Assembly (NCBI GenBank): GCA_035464655.1
Contig: DATHRZ010000009.1
Location: forward strand, 1,769-65,768
Source of the DNA: Gemmatimonadota bacterium
GTDB lineage: Bacteria; Gemmatimonadota; Gemmatimonadetes; Palauibacterales; Palauibacteraceae
Length of the DNA stretch: 64,000 nucleotides
Direction of reading: 5' to 3'
The notes beneath the pieces are model-generated. The model saw nothing but the letters and a program-made list of their open reading frames with translations. It had not been told where the DNA came from and made no database searches. Positions 27,972 to 39,651 of this stretch are shown piece after piece (position 1 is the first letter of the stretch; every line of letters starts with the position of its first letter). The translations under genes were made by a program, and so were the position numbers.

Positions 27972-29006
27972 TCAGGCGCAAAACCGGTAGTCGGCGATCT
28001 CCTCCAAGCCGTCGGTTGCGAGGGCCGCGCGGATGTCGTCCCGCACCCCGGGGGAGCCGACGGCGGCGAGTACGTAGGGGCGGGCCGCGAAGCCGGAGGC
28101 AAACTCGTCGGGGGCGAGCACCGGAGCTCCGTGGATCTCCTGGCCGAGCTTGCGCGGGTCGAGGTCGACGAACGCCGCGACGGGTGTCCCCTGCGCGATC
28201 AGCTCGCGGGCGAGCGGCTTGCCGACCCGGCCGGCACCCCACACGACGACCGGCCGATCGGGGGGCAGAAACGCATGCCGCAGAAAGTGCACGCGGCAGC
28301 GCCGGAAGGCGGCGGCCGTGTAGGCGGGCGAGGTGAGCGACAGGCGGTCTTCGCGGACGCGCCAGCGCAGGAGCGGCTCACCGGGAACGTTCGCCAGACG
28401 GGCACCCGCCGCTACGATTCGCAGCACGAGGTCGTGGTCCTCCGCCCAGCCCATGTCACGATAGCCGCCGAGGGCGCGGAACACGGAGCGCTTCAGGACG
28501 ATCGTCGGGTGGGCGAGCGGGCACTCGATCAGCGCGGCGCGCTCGACGTCTTCCGGCGTCTCGATCGCGTTGATCCAGCGCTCGTAGCGCCGGTATCCGG
28601 AGCGGATCTCTGCGGGCGAGAACAGCTCGACGTGGGCGCCGCAGCCGGCGAGGTCGGGGTGGCGCTCGAGGAAGGCGAGCTGAGCGGCGAAGCGATCGGG
28701 GTGGGAGACGTCGTCGGCGTCCATGCGCGCGAGGAGCGGGGCGCGGGCCGCGGCGGCCGCCTGGTTCAGGGCGGCGACGAGCCCGGAGGCAGAGGGTTGA
28801 TCGGCGGCGGCGAACTCGATGGCGGTGACGCGGGGATCGTCGGCCGCCCAGTCGGCCAGCAGTTCACCCGTCGCGTCGGTCGAGCCGTCGTCGACGGCGA
28901 TCACCTCGAAGTCCTCGATCGTCTGGGCGCGCAGGCTGGTGATCGTCTCCGGCAGGGTCGGCGCCGCGTCGCGGCACGGGAGGAGAACGGAGAGGCGGGG
29001 AGTCAT
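27972..29006 (-). CDS. Glycosyltransferase family 2 with C-terminal Rossmann-like domain
   Basis: SVLLPCRD, VDDGSTD, ARMDADD, HPT, AEDHDL and C-terminal VWGAGRVGK. Confidence 0.9.
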   Translation of the reverse strand: MTPRLSVLLPCRDAAPTLPETITSLRAQTIEDFEVIAVDDGSTDATGELLADWAADDPRVTAIEFAAADQPSASGLVAALNQAAAAARAPLLARMDADDVSHPDRFAAQLAFLERHPDLAGCGAHVELFSPAEIRSGYRRYERWINAIETPEDVERAALIECPLAHPTIVLKRSVFRALGGYRDMGWAEDHDLVLRIVAAGARLANVPGEPLLRWRVREDRLSLTSPAYTAAAFRRCRVHFLRHAFLPPDRPVVVWGAGRVGKPLARELIAQGTPVAAFVDLDPRKLGQEIHGAPVLAPDEFASGFAARPYVLAAVGSPGVRDDIRAALATDGLEEIADYRFCA

Positions 29007-29067
29007 GGCGACAATGTCGGCGGTACGGTCGAGGGCGTCCAGCGGAGTGGAGGGCCCGCCACTCCCC

Positions 29068-31938
<2,871 letters not shown>

Positions 31939-32025
31939 ACTGAAAGTTGCCGATTCGGCGAAGGGGGAGCAATCGCGGAAGGGGCTTATCGCTCGATTGG
32001 AGTCACGACGGAGTCCTTAAACTCG

Positions 32026-32213
32026 TGGGCCCGCAGGTGTTCGACATCCAGGTCGTCCCGCTCGACCGCCAGGAGCCCATCTTGGTGAAACGACATAACG
32101 TCGCACCGCCACTATCATCGCCTGGCGTCATGGTTGCGATGGCTGCAATGAAGAAACAACTGCCCGCCGCCAGGCTCCAGAACGCAAGTCGTTCTCGGTG
32201 CTTCTTGCTTCCA
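32026..32213 (+). ncRNA. ssrS: Probable 6S RNA (ends approximate)
   Basis: About 190-nt non-coding segment. 5' CCCGCAGGTGTTCGA pairs with 3' TCGGTGCT(TCTTGC); GGAGCC (32072-77) pairs with GGCTCC (32172-77); CCCGCC..CAGGCTCCAGAAC resembles the 6S 3' element. Matched from memory of the family, no covariance model run. Confidence 0.55.
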
Positions 32214-32224
32214 GATTACAGCGC

Positions 32225-32250
32225 GGGGGAGCATACCCCCCCATTCTCTT
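32225..32250 (+). terminator. GC hairpin GGGGG-AGCATA-CCCCC followed by a pyrimidine tract
   Basis: Immediately 3' of the putative 6S RNA; weak U-tract ATTCTCTT. Confidence 0.45.
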
Positions 32251-32331
32251 CTGTCGACCGTTGGAACCTGAACCTGCCACGGCTAGATTGTCGCCGCCGC
32301 GAACCACAGATCCGCTGATTTCGGAGCCATC

Positions 32332-34158
32332 GTGGACAATCCCGGACCCGCCACCCTTCAGGAGGAAGAGGCGCTCGGCAAGGCGTACGACGCCCGCCTG
32401 ATGAGGCGCCTGCTCGCCTACCTGCGCCCGTACAAGTGGCAGGTGGCGGCGGCGATCGTCATGCTGATCGCCGCATCTGGGCTCGAGTTGATCGGCCCGT
32501 GGCTCACCAAGATCGCGATCGATCAGGCGTTTCCCGACCGGGACGCGGGCTTTCTCGCGACACTCGGGATCATCTACCTGGTCTCGCTCGTCCTCGCCGC
32601 CGGGCTCGGCTACGCCCAGACCCTGTTGACCACGTGGATCGGCCAGCGCGTCATGGTCGACCTGCGCGACGAGTTGTTCGGCCACCTCCAGCGGCTCGAC
32701 CTCAAGTTCTTCGACAGGAACCCGGTCGGCCGCCTGATTACGCGCGTGACGAGCGACATCGAGGTGCTGAACGAGATGTTCACCTCGGGCGTCGTGACGA
32801 TCTTCGGCGACGTGTTCACGATCGGCGCCATCGTGACGGCGATGCTGCTGCTCGACTGGCGCCTGGCGCTCGTGACGTTCGCCGTGCTGCCCGTGGTGTT
32901 CCTCGCCGCGATGGTGTTCCGGATCAAGGTGCGCTCGGCCTACCGGAATATCCGCGTCCGCCTGGCCCGGATCAACGCGTACCTCCAGGAGCGGATCACC
33001 GGGATGTCGGTCGTGCAGCTGTTCGGGCAGGAGGAGCCGAGTCGCCGCGAGTTCGCCCGCATCAACGACGCGCATCTGCAATCGCACCTGCGCTCGATCA
33101 CCTACTATGCCCTGTTCTTTCCGGTCATCGAGCTGCTGAGCGCCGTCGCCCTCGCCCTGATCATCTGGTACGGCGGATTCCGCTCGCTCGACGGCGCGAT
33201 GACGATCGGAACGATCGCCGCGTTCCTCCAGTACGCGCGGCGCTTCTTCCGCCCCATCCAGGACCTGTCGGAGAAGTACAACGTGCTCCAGAACGCGATG
33301 GCGAGCTCCGAGCGCGTGTTCCGGCTGCTCGACCTCGAGCCCGACATCCGCGAGGCCGCCGAGCCGAGACATCCGGGCGCCGTGCGGGGCCGGATCGCGT
33401 TCGAGGACGTGTGGTTCCGCTACGTGACGCCGCCGCCGGGGAGCGACGACGAACAGCCGCCGGAGGAGTGGATCCTCAAGGGGATCGACTTCACGGTCGA
33501 GCCCGGCGAACGCGTAGCCGTCGTGGGCGCCACTGGGGCCGGCAAGTCGACGCTGATCAACCTGCTCATGCGGTTCTACGAGCCGCAGCGCGGGCGGATT
33601 ACCCTCGACGGGATCGACATCCGCGACATTCCGATCACGGAATTGCGCACGAGCATGGGACTCGTGCTCCAGGACGTCTACCTGTTCTCGGGCAGCGCCG
33701 GCTGGAACATCGACCTCGGCCGCGAGAACGTGAGCGACGAGCAGATCCGCGCCGCCTCGGTGCGCGTAGGCGCCGATCCGTACGTGCTCCGCCTGCCGGG
33801 GGGCTACGAGCAGCCGCTCGCCGAGCGCGGCGGCAACCTGAGCGTCGGCGAGCGCCAGCTGCTCAGCTTCGCGCGCGCCCTGGCCGGCGACCCGGCGATC
33901 CTTCTACTCGACGAGGCGACGAGCTCGGTGGACTCGGAGATCGAGGCGAAGATCGACCAGGCGCTCGAGAAGCTGATGACGGGTCGTACGAGCCTGGTGA
34001 TCGCGCACCGGCTGTCGACCATCCAGAACGCCGACCGAATCCTCGTGCTGCACCACGGCGAAATCCGCGAAACCGGCACGCACGACGAGCTCCTCCGGAT
34101 GGACGGCCTGTACGCGCGCCTCTACCGGCTGCAGTTCGCCGCCACCGACGCGGCCTGA
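32332..34158 (+). CDS. ABC exporter, fused permease/ATP-binding protein (MsbA/MdlB-like)
   Basis: Six-TM domain, GATGAGKST, LSVGERQL, LDEATSSVD and IAHRLSTI. Confidence 0.93.
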   Translation: MDNPGPATLQEEEALGKAYDARLMRRLLAYLRPYKWQVAAAIVMLIAASGLELIGPWLTKIAIDQAFPDRDAGFLATLGIIYLVSLVLAAGLGYAQTLLTTWIGQRVMVDLRDELFGHLQRLDLKFFDRNPVGRLITRVTSDIEVLNEMFTSGVVTIFGDVFTIGAIVTAMLLLDWRLALVTFAVLPVVFLAAMVFRIKVRSAYRNIRVRLARINAYLQERITGMSVVQLFGQEEPSRREFARINDAHLQSHLRSITYYALFFPVIELLSAVALALIIWYGGFRSLDGAMTIGTIAAFLQYARRFFRPIQDLSEKYNVLQNAMASSERVFRLLDLEPDIREAAEPRHPGAVRGRIAFEDVWFRYVTPPPGSDDEQPPEEWILKGIDFTVEPGERVAVVGATGAGKSTLINLLMRFYEPQRGRITLDGIDIRDIPITELRTSMGLVLQDVYLFSGSAGWNIDLGRENVSDEQIRAASVRVGADPYVLRLPGGYEQPLAERGGNLSVGERQLLSFARALAGDPAILLLDEATSSVDSEIEAKIDQALEKLMTGRTSLVIAHRLSTIQNADRILVLHHGEIRETGTHDELLRMDGLYARLYRLQFAATDAA

Positions 34159-34181
34159 GGCGGCGCTACCGTGGACTCTCG

Positions 34182-34382
34182 ATGATCGACGGGATCCTCG
34201 CGCTCGACACGCGCTGGGTGCTCGCCGTGCTGCTGCTCGTTCTCGATAGCTGGTCGATCTGGCTCATCCTCCGGGCCCGTCCGGGCACCCGCGATGCCGT
34301 CCTGTGGAGCGGCATCGTGCTCCTGGTTCCGGTATTCGGCTGCCTGTTCTGGTACGCGCTCGGGCCGAAGCCCCGGCTCTGA
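34182..34382 (+). CDS. Small membrane protein, PLDc N-terminal domain-like (66 aa)
   Basis: Two TM helices with W..IVLLVPVFG.LFWY.LGP, typical of the cardiolipin synthase N-terminal domain family. Confidence 0.75.
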   Translation: MIDGILALDTRWVLAVLLLVLDSWSIWLILRARPGTRDAVLWSGIVLLVPVFGCLFWYALGPKPRL

Positions 34383-34472
34383 TCGCCGGCGAATCGGTCA
34401 ATTCTGATCGATTCCACGCCCTGATCGGTCAGATCTGGCCGATTCTCGCCCGATGTTGCGGTTTTATCGTAC

Positions 34473-34484
34473 ACTGTATACAGT
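34473..34484. promoter_or_regulatory. Perfect palindrome ACTGTATACAGT, probable GntR/FadR-type autoregulatory operator
   Basis: 12-bp palindrome directly abutting the GntR ATG; overlaps the -10-like TACACT (34470-75). Confidence 0.65.
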
Positions 34485-35189
34485 ATGCGCATGAACGCGC
34501 CGACCGTCGTCGATCGCACGTCGATCACTGAGCAGCTCGAACGGTTACTCCTCGCGCGCATCCTCGACGGCTCCCTGCCGCCAGGCGAGCGCCTGAACGA
34601 GAGCCGCCTGGCCGACGAGTTCGGCGCCAGCCGTACCCCGCTGCGCGAGGCGCTCAGCCGTCTGCACCGCGAGGGGCTCGTCGTGTCGCGTCCGCATCGC
34701 GGATTCTTCGTGGCGGACCTGTCGGCCGGCGAGGCGCGCGAGCTGTACGAATGCCTCGCGCTGCTCGAGTCGAACGCGCTCGAGCTCGCCGGGGCGCCGG
34801 ACCCGGACCGGCTCGAGGAGCTCGATCTGCTGAACGACCGGCTCGAACTGGCGCGCACCGTGTCGTCGGCGATCGACCTCAACACCGAGTGGCACCAGTT
34901 GCTGCTCTCGGCCTGCCCGAACCGCCACCTGCTGGAGCTCGTCGAAGGCGTGCGCACCAAGGTGGGCCGCTACGAGTTCGCCTTTTTCGCGCCGGGCCCC
35001 GAGCGCATCGCGGCTTCCGTTCGACTGCATCGGCGGATACTCGACGCCCTCGCCGCGGGCGATCTGTCGACGGCGCGCCGCGCCCTCGTGGCGCACTGGT
35101 TCGCCGACCTCGACGAGCTTGCGCCGCGATCCTCCGATCGCGGGACCAGATCACCGACACGGGAGATCGACCGATGGACCGACCACTGA
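34485..35189 (+). CDS. GntR family transcriptional regulator (FCD domain)
   Basis: ILDGSLPPGERLNE..LA..FGASRTP.REAL..L..EG.V and C-terminal FCD with LN..WH..L, H..I..A. Confidence 0.92.
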   Translation: MRMNAPTVVDRTSITEQLERLLLARILDGSLPPGERLNESRLADEFGASRTPLREALSRLHREGLVVSRPHRGFFVADLSAGEARELYECLALLESNALELAGAPDPDRLEELDLLNDRLELARTVSSAIDLNTEWHQLLLSACPNRHLLELVEGVRTKVGRYEFAFFAPGPERIAASVRLHRRILDALAAGDLSTARRALVAHWFADLDELAPRSSDRGTRSPTREIDRWTDH

Positions 35190-35962
35190 CGAGAGCCTCG
35201 TCCACCGCCGCGCTCGCCCTCGCGCTCGCCCTCGTGGCAACCGCCGCACCGCGCGCGGCCGCTCAGCCCGCCCCCACTCCGACGCGCATCGACGTTCACG
35301 TCGTCGCGCGGGACGCGAAGCTGATCGGGAGCGCCGTGGGTGGCGCCGAGGTGACGATCCGCGACGCGCACACGGGCGAGGTTCTCGCGGAGGGTGTGCA
35401 CGAGGGCGGAACGGGCGACACGGGCCTGATCATGGGTCCGCGCGAACGGGGCGTCGACGTATTCGACACGCCGGGCGCCGCCGTGTTCAGCGCCGAGCTT
35501 CCGCTGACGGCGCCGCGATCGATCCGCATCGAGGCGTCGGGCCCGCTCGACTACCCCTCGGCCCGCGAACGCGCGGAGACCACCCTGCTCGTGGTGCCCG
35601 GACGGCACCTGGAGGGCGACGGCGTCGTACTCGAGCTGTGGGGCTACATCGTCGAGATCGTCGACGTCGGTTCGAACGTAGCCGACGCCGGGGGCCTCGG
35701 CGTGGCGGCCCGGGTCACGATGCTGTGCAGTTGCCCGACGGAGCCGGGCGGCCTGTGGGAAGCCGGCGGCGTGACCGCGCGGCTGATCGGAGACGACGGA
35801 TCCCTCGTCAGCGAGACGGAACTCGCCTACCTGGGCGAGGACAGCACCTACGGCGGCGACCTCGGGACGCCGGACCCGGGAATCTACGAGATCCAGGTGA
35901 TCGCCGTGTCGGCGAAGACCGGCAACGCGGGGCGAATCCGGGCCGAGCTGCGCGTGAACTGA
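35174..35962 (+). CDS. Secreted hypothetical protein with MLCSCP motif
   Basis: Signal peptide (ALALALALVATAAPRAAA); beta-rich; overlaps the GntR end. Confidence 0.75.
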   Translation: MDRPLTRASSTAALALALALVATAAPRAAAQPAPTPTRIDVHVVARDAKLIGSAVGGAEVTIRDAHTGEVLAEGVHEGGTGDTGLIMGPRERGVDVFDTPGAAVFSAELPLTAPRSIRIEASGPLDYPSARERAETTLLVVPGRHLEGDGVVLELWGYIVEIVDVGSNVADAGGLGVAARVTMLCSCPTEPGGLWEAGGVTARLIGDDGSLVSETELAYLGEDSTYGGDLGTPDPGIYEIQVIAVSAKTGNAGRIRAELRVN

Positions 35963-35981
35963 GCTCGCGGGCGGCCTGCCC

Positions 35982-37280
35982 TCAACGGTCGAGCAGACTC
36001 TCGACGAGCTCCGCCCCTTTCCGGTCCGCTCCGACGTGCGCGGCCACGTAGTCGCGCGCCGTCTGCCCCATGCGGCGGCGGCGCGCCGTATCGTGGAGCG
36101 ACACGAGGGTCGCGTAGATGCTCGTCGCGTCGACTTCGAATGCGGCCCCTGCCTCGACGAGCTCGTTCGCCTCCCTTCGATCATGATGGGGCCCGAACAG
36201 GACCGGAAGGCCGGCGGCCGCCGGCTCGATGACCGAGTGCAGCCCCGTCGCGGCGATGGCTCCACCGACGTACCCCACGTCGCCCTCGGCGTACAGTTCG
36301 GCCAGTACGCCGACGGCATCGACGATCAGCGGAGGCGGGGCCGCGCGGGGGCCCTCCGTCCCGCCGATCGACGGATCGAGCTCGCTGAACAGGCGCGGCG
36401 CCTGGCCGAACCGGGCGAGACACACCGCCCGGAGATGCTCGACGGCGGCCGGCGTCGGTTCGTGGGGGACGAGCACGAGCTCGACGGCGTCGAGGTCGCC
36501 GACCGCCTCGATCAACAGGTCCTCGTCGTCGGGCCAGGTCGAGCCGGCGATCAGGCGGACGACGCCGGGAGGTCGGCTCGGCAGACGCAGGGCTCGCTCG
36601 CCGGACGCCGCGAGCCGCGCCACGGCCTGGTCGAACGAGGCGTCGCCCGTCACGCGGATCGCCTCGGGCCGAACGCCGAGCGCCTCGAGGCGCTCGCGAT
36701 CGGCCGCCGACACGGCGCCCACCGCGTCGAGCGACCGGTAGGCCCGCTTCAGCAATGCCCGCCCTGGCTGGCGGAGACGCGCGCTGCCCGGCCGCACCGT
36801 CGCGTTGATCAGGCCCGTCGGGACGCCGGCCCGGCGTGCCGATGCCGTGAGGTTCGGCCATACGTCGTGCTTGGCGTAGACGAGGGCCGCCGGGCGGAGC
36901 GCCTGGACGGCGGCGTCGGTGCGGCGCCGCAGATCGAAGGGCACGAAACCGTGATACGCGGACTCGAGCCGGACGGCCACCGGTTCGGCCGACGGCGACG
37001 AATAGGTGACGGCGAGACGCAAGCCGGGCCTCGACCGCTGCAGCTCGGCCACGACCGGGGCGGCCCCGGCCAGCTCGCCGGCCGACGCGCCGTGCAGCCA
37101 CACGAGTTCGCCCGCGTCGTCGGCCGGGCGGCGGTCCGCGCCCCAGGCGCGCATGCGGCTCACGGCGGACTTCCGCCCCGCCACCGACTGCGCGAGTTTC
37201 GGAGAGAACAGGCTCGCGACGGCCAGGAGCGGACGGATCGTCTGCCATCCGAGGCTGTATACAACGTCCGATAGCTTCAC
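35982..37280 (-). CDS. waaA: 3-deoxy-D-manno-octulosonic acid (Kdo) transferase
   Basis: VWLHGASAGE, PFD, D.WPNL, TGD..FD, GSTWP.DE, LVPHEP and HSVIEPAA.G.PV.FGP. Confidence 0.88.
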   Translation of the reverse strand: MKLSDVVYSLGWQTIRPLLAVASLFSPKLAQSVAGRKSAVSRMRAWGADRRPADDAGELVWLHGASAGELAGAAPVVAELQRSRPGLRLAVTYSSPSAEPVAVRLESAYHGFVPFDLRRRTDAAVQALRPAALVYAKHDVWPNLTASARRAGVPTGLINATVRPGSARLRQPGRALLKRAYRSLDAVGAVSAADRERLEALGVRPEAIRVTGDASFDQAVARLAASGERALRLPSRPPGVVRLIAGSTWPDDEDLLIEAVGDLDAVELVLVPHEPTPAAVEHLRAVCLARFGQAPRLFSELDPSIGGTEGPRAAPPPLIVDAVGVLAELYAEGDVGYVGGAIAATGLHSVIEPAAAGLPVLFGPHHDRREANELVEAGAAFEVDATSIYATLVSLHDTARRRRMGQTARDYVAAHVGADRKGAELVESLLDR

Positions 37281-37355
37281 TCGACCTCCCGCCTGGTTCG
37301 CAGGCGAAGGTCGCCGAATCCGTGCTCCGTGTCCACAGCCGCCTCGCAGGTGCCC

Positions 37356-38447
37356 ATGCGTCGTTGGATGATCGTCGTGGCTCTTCTCGCGTTCGCGACC
37401 GCGCTCGCCGCCTCGTGTTCGCCCGGCTACGTGCTGCGTGCCGGGTGGGAGGAGGCGCGGATCCTCGCGGGACGTCAACCCATCGAGACCGCCCTCGACG
37501 ACACGACGATTTCACCGGAGCTGCGGGGAAAGCTCGACCTGGTGCGCAGCGTGCGGGTGTTCGCCGAGCGCCGGCTCGGCCTCGACGCCGGCAGCAGCTA
37601 TCGCAGCTTCACCGCGCTCGATCGCGACACCCTCGTCATGGTCGTCTCGGCGGCTCCCGAGCTCGAGCTGCGCTGGAAGACGTGGTGGTTCCCGATCGTC
37701 GGCCACCTCCCCTACAAGGGCTTTTTCGACTTCGAGGCGGCGCGCCGCGAGGCCGAGGCGCTCGAGGCCGAGGGCTTCGATACCTACGTGCGGCCGAGCG
37801 CGGCGTTCAGCACCCTGGGCTGGCTGCCCGACCCGGTCCTGTCACCGTCGCTGCGCGGCGACAGCCTGTCGGTGGCCGAAACGGTCATCCACGAGATCAC
37901 GCACACCACCTGGTTTCCGAAGGGTCACACCCGGTTCAACGAGAGCTTCGCCAACTTCGTCGGTCACGCCGGGGCGATCGAATTTTTCTGCGACGCCCTG
38001 GCCGATCCCGTGTCGTGCGCGCGGGCCCGCGAGCGCTGGCACGACGTCAGGGTGTTCGGGCGCTTCTTCCAGACGCTCCATGACCCGCTCGCGGAGCTGT
38101 ACGCATCGGACGCGCCGCCCGACGCGAAGCGCCTGCGCAAGCGCGAGATCATCGAGGATGCCGCCGCGCGCTTCCGTGACGAGGTCTCGCCGGAGCTGCG
38201 GGGCGACCGCTACCGCGCCCTCGATCCCGAACAGATCGACAACGCGTGGCTCCTGTCGCGGCTCCTGTACTACACGCGCCTCGACGACTTCGATGCGCTG
38301 TATCGGCGCTACGGTACCGTGAAGGCCACCCTCGGGGCCGTGACGGAGGCGACCGACGGCGGCGACCCATGGGTAGCGGTCGACCGGCTGGTCGGCACCG
38401 GCCCGCTCGAAGCCGCCGATGGTGCGCAAACCGCACCGGGCACGTAG
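37356..38447 (+). CDS. Predicted zinc aminopeptidase, lipoprotein
   Basis: Lipobox LAASC; W.FPIVG..PYKGFF, AFSTLGW..DP, HExxH (IHEITH) and FNESFA. Confidence 0.85.
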   Translation: MRRWMIVVALLAFATALAASCSPGYVLRAGWEEARILAGRQPIETALDDTTISPELRGKLDLVRSVRVFAERRLGLDAGSSYRSFTALDRDTLVMVVSAAPELELRWKTWWFPIVGHLPYKGFFDFEAARREAEALEAEGFDTYVRPSAAFSTLGWLPDPVLSPSLRGDSLSVAETVIHEITHTTWFPKGHTRFNESFANFVGHAGAIEFFCDALADPVSCARARERWHDVRVFGRFFQTLHDPLAELYASDAPPDAKRLRKREIIEDAAARFRDEVSPELRGDRYRALDPEQIDNAWLLSRLLYYTRLDDFDALYRRYGTVKATLGAVTEATDGGDPWVAVDRLVGTGPLEAADGAQTAPGT

Positions 38448-38462
38448 GTTCGGGGCGCGCGG

Positions 38463-38489
38463 TTGACCCGCTTTTCGGTATCGTAGAAT
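38463..38489 (+). promoter_or_regulatory. Possible promoter TTGACC-15-TAGAAT for the USP operon
   Basis: Good hexamers but short spacer; only 11 nt between the -10 and the ATG. Confidence 0.4.
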
Positions 38490-38500
38490 GGTCGCCTGAC

Positions 38501-39373
38501 ATGTATCAGAGAATCCTCATCGGAGTCGACTTTTCCGACTCGTCCATCGAGACGGTGCGCTGGGCGGTATCGCGCTTCCCGTCCGCAGATCTCGTGCTGT
38601 TCCACTGCATCGAGCGCTTCAGCGTGCCCGGCTACCTGGTTCGCGAGCTGGGTGAGCAGCTCGACCTGCTCGAGGAGAAGGAGCTCGACGTCCGCACCAA
38701 TCTCGAGCACATCGCCGAGCGCCTCGGGATCGACGTTCGCTACGACATTCGCCACGGCTGGACCCCCGAGGCCCTGCAGCTCGCCGCCGCCGAGCACGAC
38801 TCCGAGCTCGTCGTGGTCGGCGCCCACCGGCAGCGGACGTCGCCGACCGACGAGCTCGGCCAGACCTCCGCGGCCATCGTCCGGAAGTCCGAGATCCCGG
38901 TGCTCGTGTGGCGGCCCGTGCGTGCCGAGAAGGACAAGACGATCGTCGCGGCCCTCGACCTGCGCGAGGGGAGCGCCCCCGTTGCCGAGATCGCCGCCGC
39001 GTACGCCGACTACTTCAAGACCCGCCTCGTGCTGCTGCATGCGATGCCCAGCACGCTGCAGGCCTACATGCGGGCCGTCAGCTCGCCGGCCAAGGTCGAA
39101 GAGGCCATCGAGCGCATCGAGGGCCGGGCGCGCGAAGAGGCGCTGGCCAGCGTCCCGGCCGACATGCGAAAGCGCCTCCAGGTGCAGCCGTCGATCGTCC
39201 GCGGACGCCCGATCGACGCGCACATTCTCAATGCCGCCGAGGCCGAACACGCCGATCTGATCGTGATCGGAAAGGCGCACGCCCCGGGCCTGAAGGGCCG
39301 CGTGCTGCTCGGAGGGACGACGTCCCGGGTGATCCGGGGCGCGAACTGCTCGGTGCTGACGGTGCCGCTGTGA
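38501..39373 (+). CDS. Universal stress protein (tandem USP domains)
   Basis: MYQRILIGVDFSDSS, ELVVVGAH..LG.TS..IVR.S..PVLV and a second ADLIVIG..LLGGTTSRVIR.ANCSVL.V. Confidence 0.92.
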   Translation: MYQRILIGVDFSDSSIETVRWAVSRFPSADLVLFHCIERFSVPGYLVRELGEQLDLLEEKELDVRTNLEHIAERLGIDVRYDIRHGWTPEALQLAAAEHDSELVVVGAHRQRTSPTDELGQTSAAIVRKSEIPVLVWRPVRAEKDKTIVAALDLREGSAPVAEIAAAYADYFKTRLVLLHAMPSTLQAYMRAVSSPAKVEEAIERIEGRAREEALASVPADMRKRLQVQPSIVRGRPIDAHILNAAEAEHADLIVIGKAHAPGLKGRVLLGGTTSRVIRGANCSVLTVPL

Positions 39374-39651
39374 GCGCCTTCGACTGTACGCGCTGCGAGC
39401 GCGACGAACCGCGACCCCTCGGCGCCGCCCCGTTCGCCGACGAGCGCGGCGAGCGGATCAAGAGCGAGATCTGCACCGATTGCTGGGAAGAGTGGAAGCA
39501 GCGCCAGATGCTCCTGATCAACCACTACGGACTGAACGTGCGCGACCGGAAGGCGCGCGAGTTCCTGGTCCAGAACCTCGACGCCTTTCTGTTCGGCAGC
39601 GGCGAGTCGGCCGACGTCGATACGTCGCAGGAGGGCAACGTCAGCTGGTGA
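39370..39651 (+). CDS. Fe(II)-trafficking/oxidative damage protection protein (YggX family)
   Basis: APF..E.GERI..EIC.DCWEEW..RQ.LLINHYGLN..D..AREFL; GTG overlaps the USP stop. Confidence 0.88.
   Translation: MSAFDCTRCERDEPRPLGAAPFADERGERIKSEICTDCWEEWKQRQMLLINHYGLNVRDRKAREFLVQNLDAFLFGSGESADVDTSQEGNVSW

Noticed and set aside
32026-32331. tmRNA or cobalamin riboswitch interpretation of the intergenic RNA
   Set aside because: The 5' end resembles tmRNA (GGGCCCGCAGGTGTTCGAC) but there is no tag ending in a stop and no T-arm/CCA end. GCCAGGAG is present, but the other B12-box elements are missing.
34474-34483. CTGT..ACAG as a LexA SOS box
   Set aside because: Spacer is 2 nt, not 8; a GntR operator fits better.
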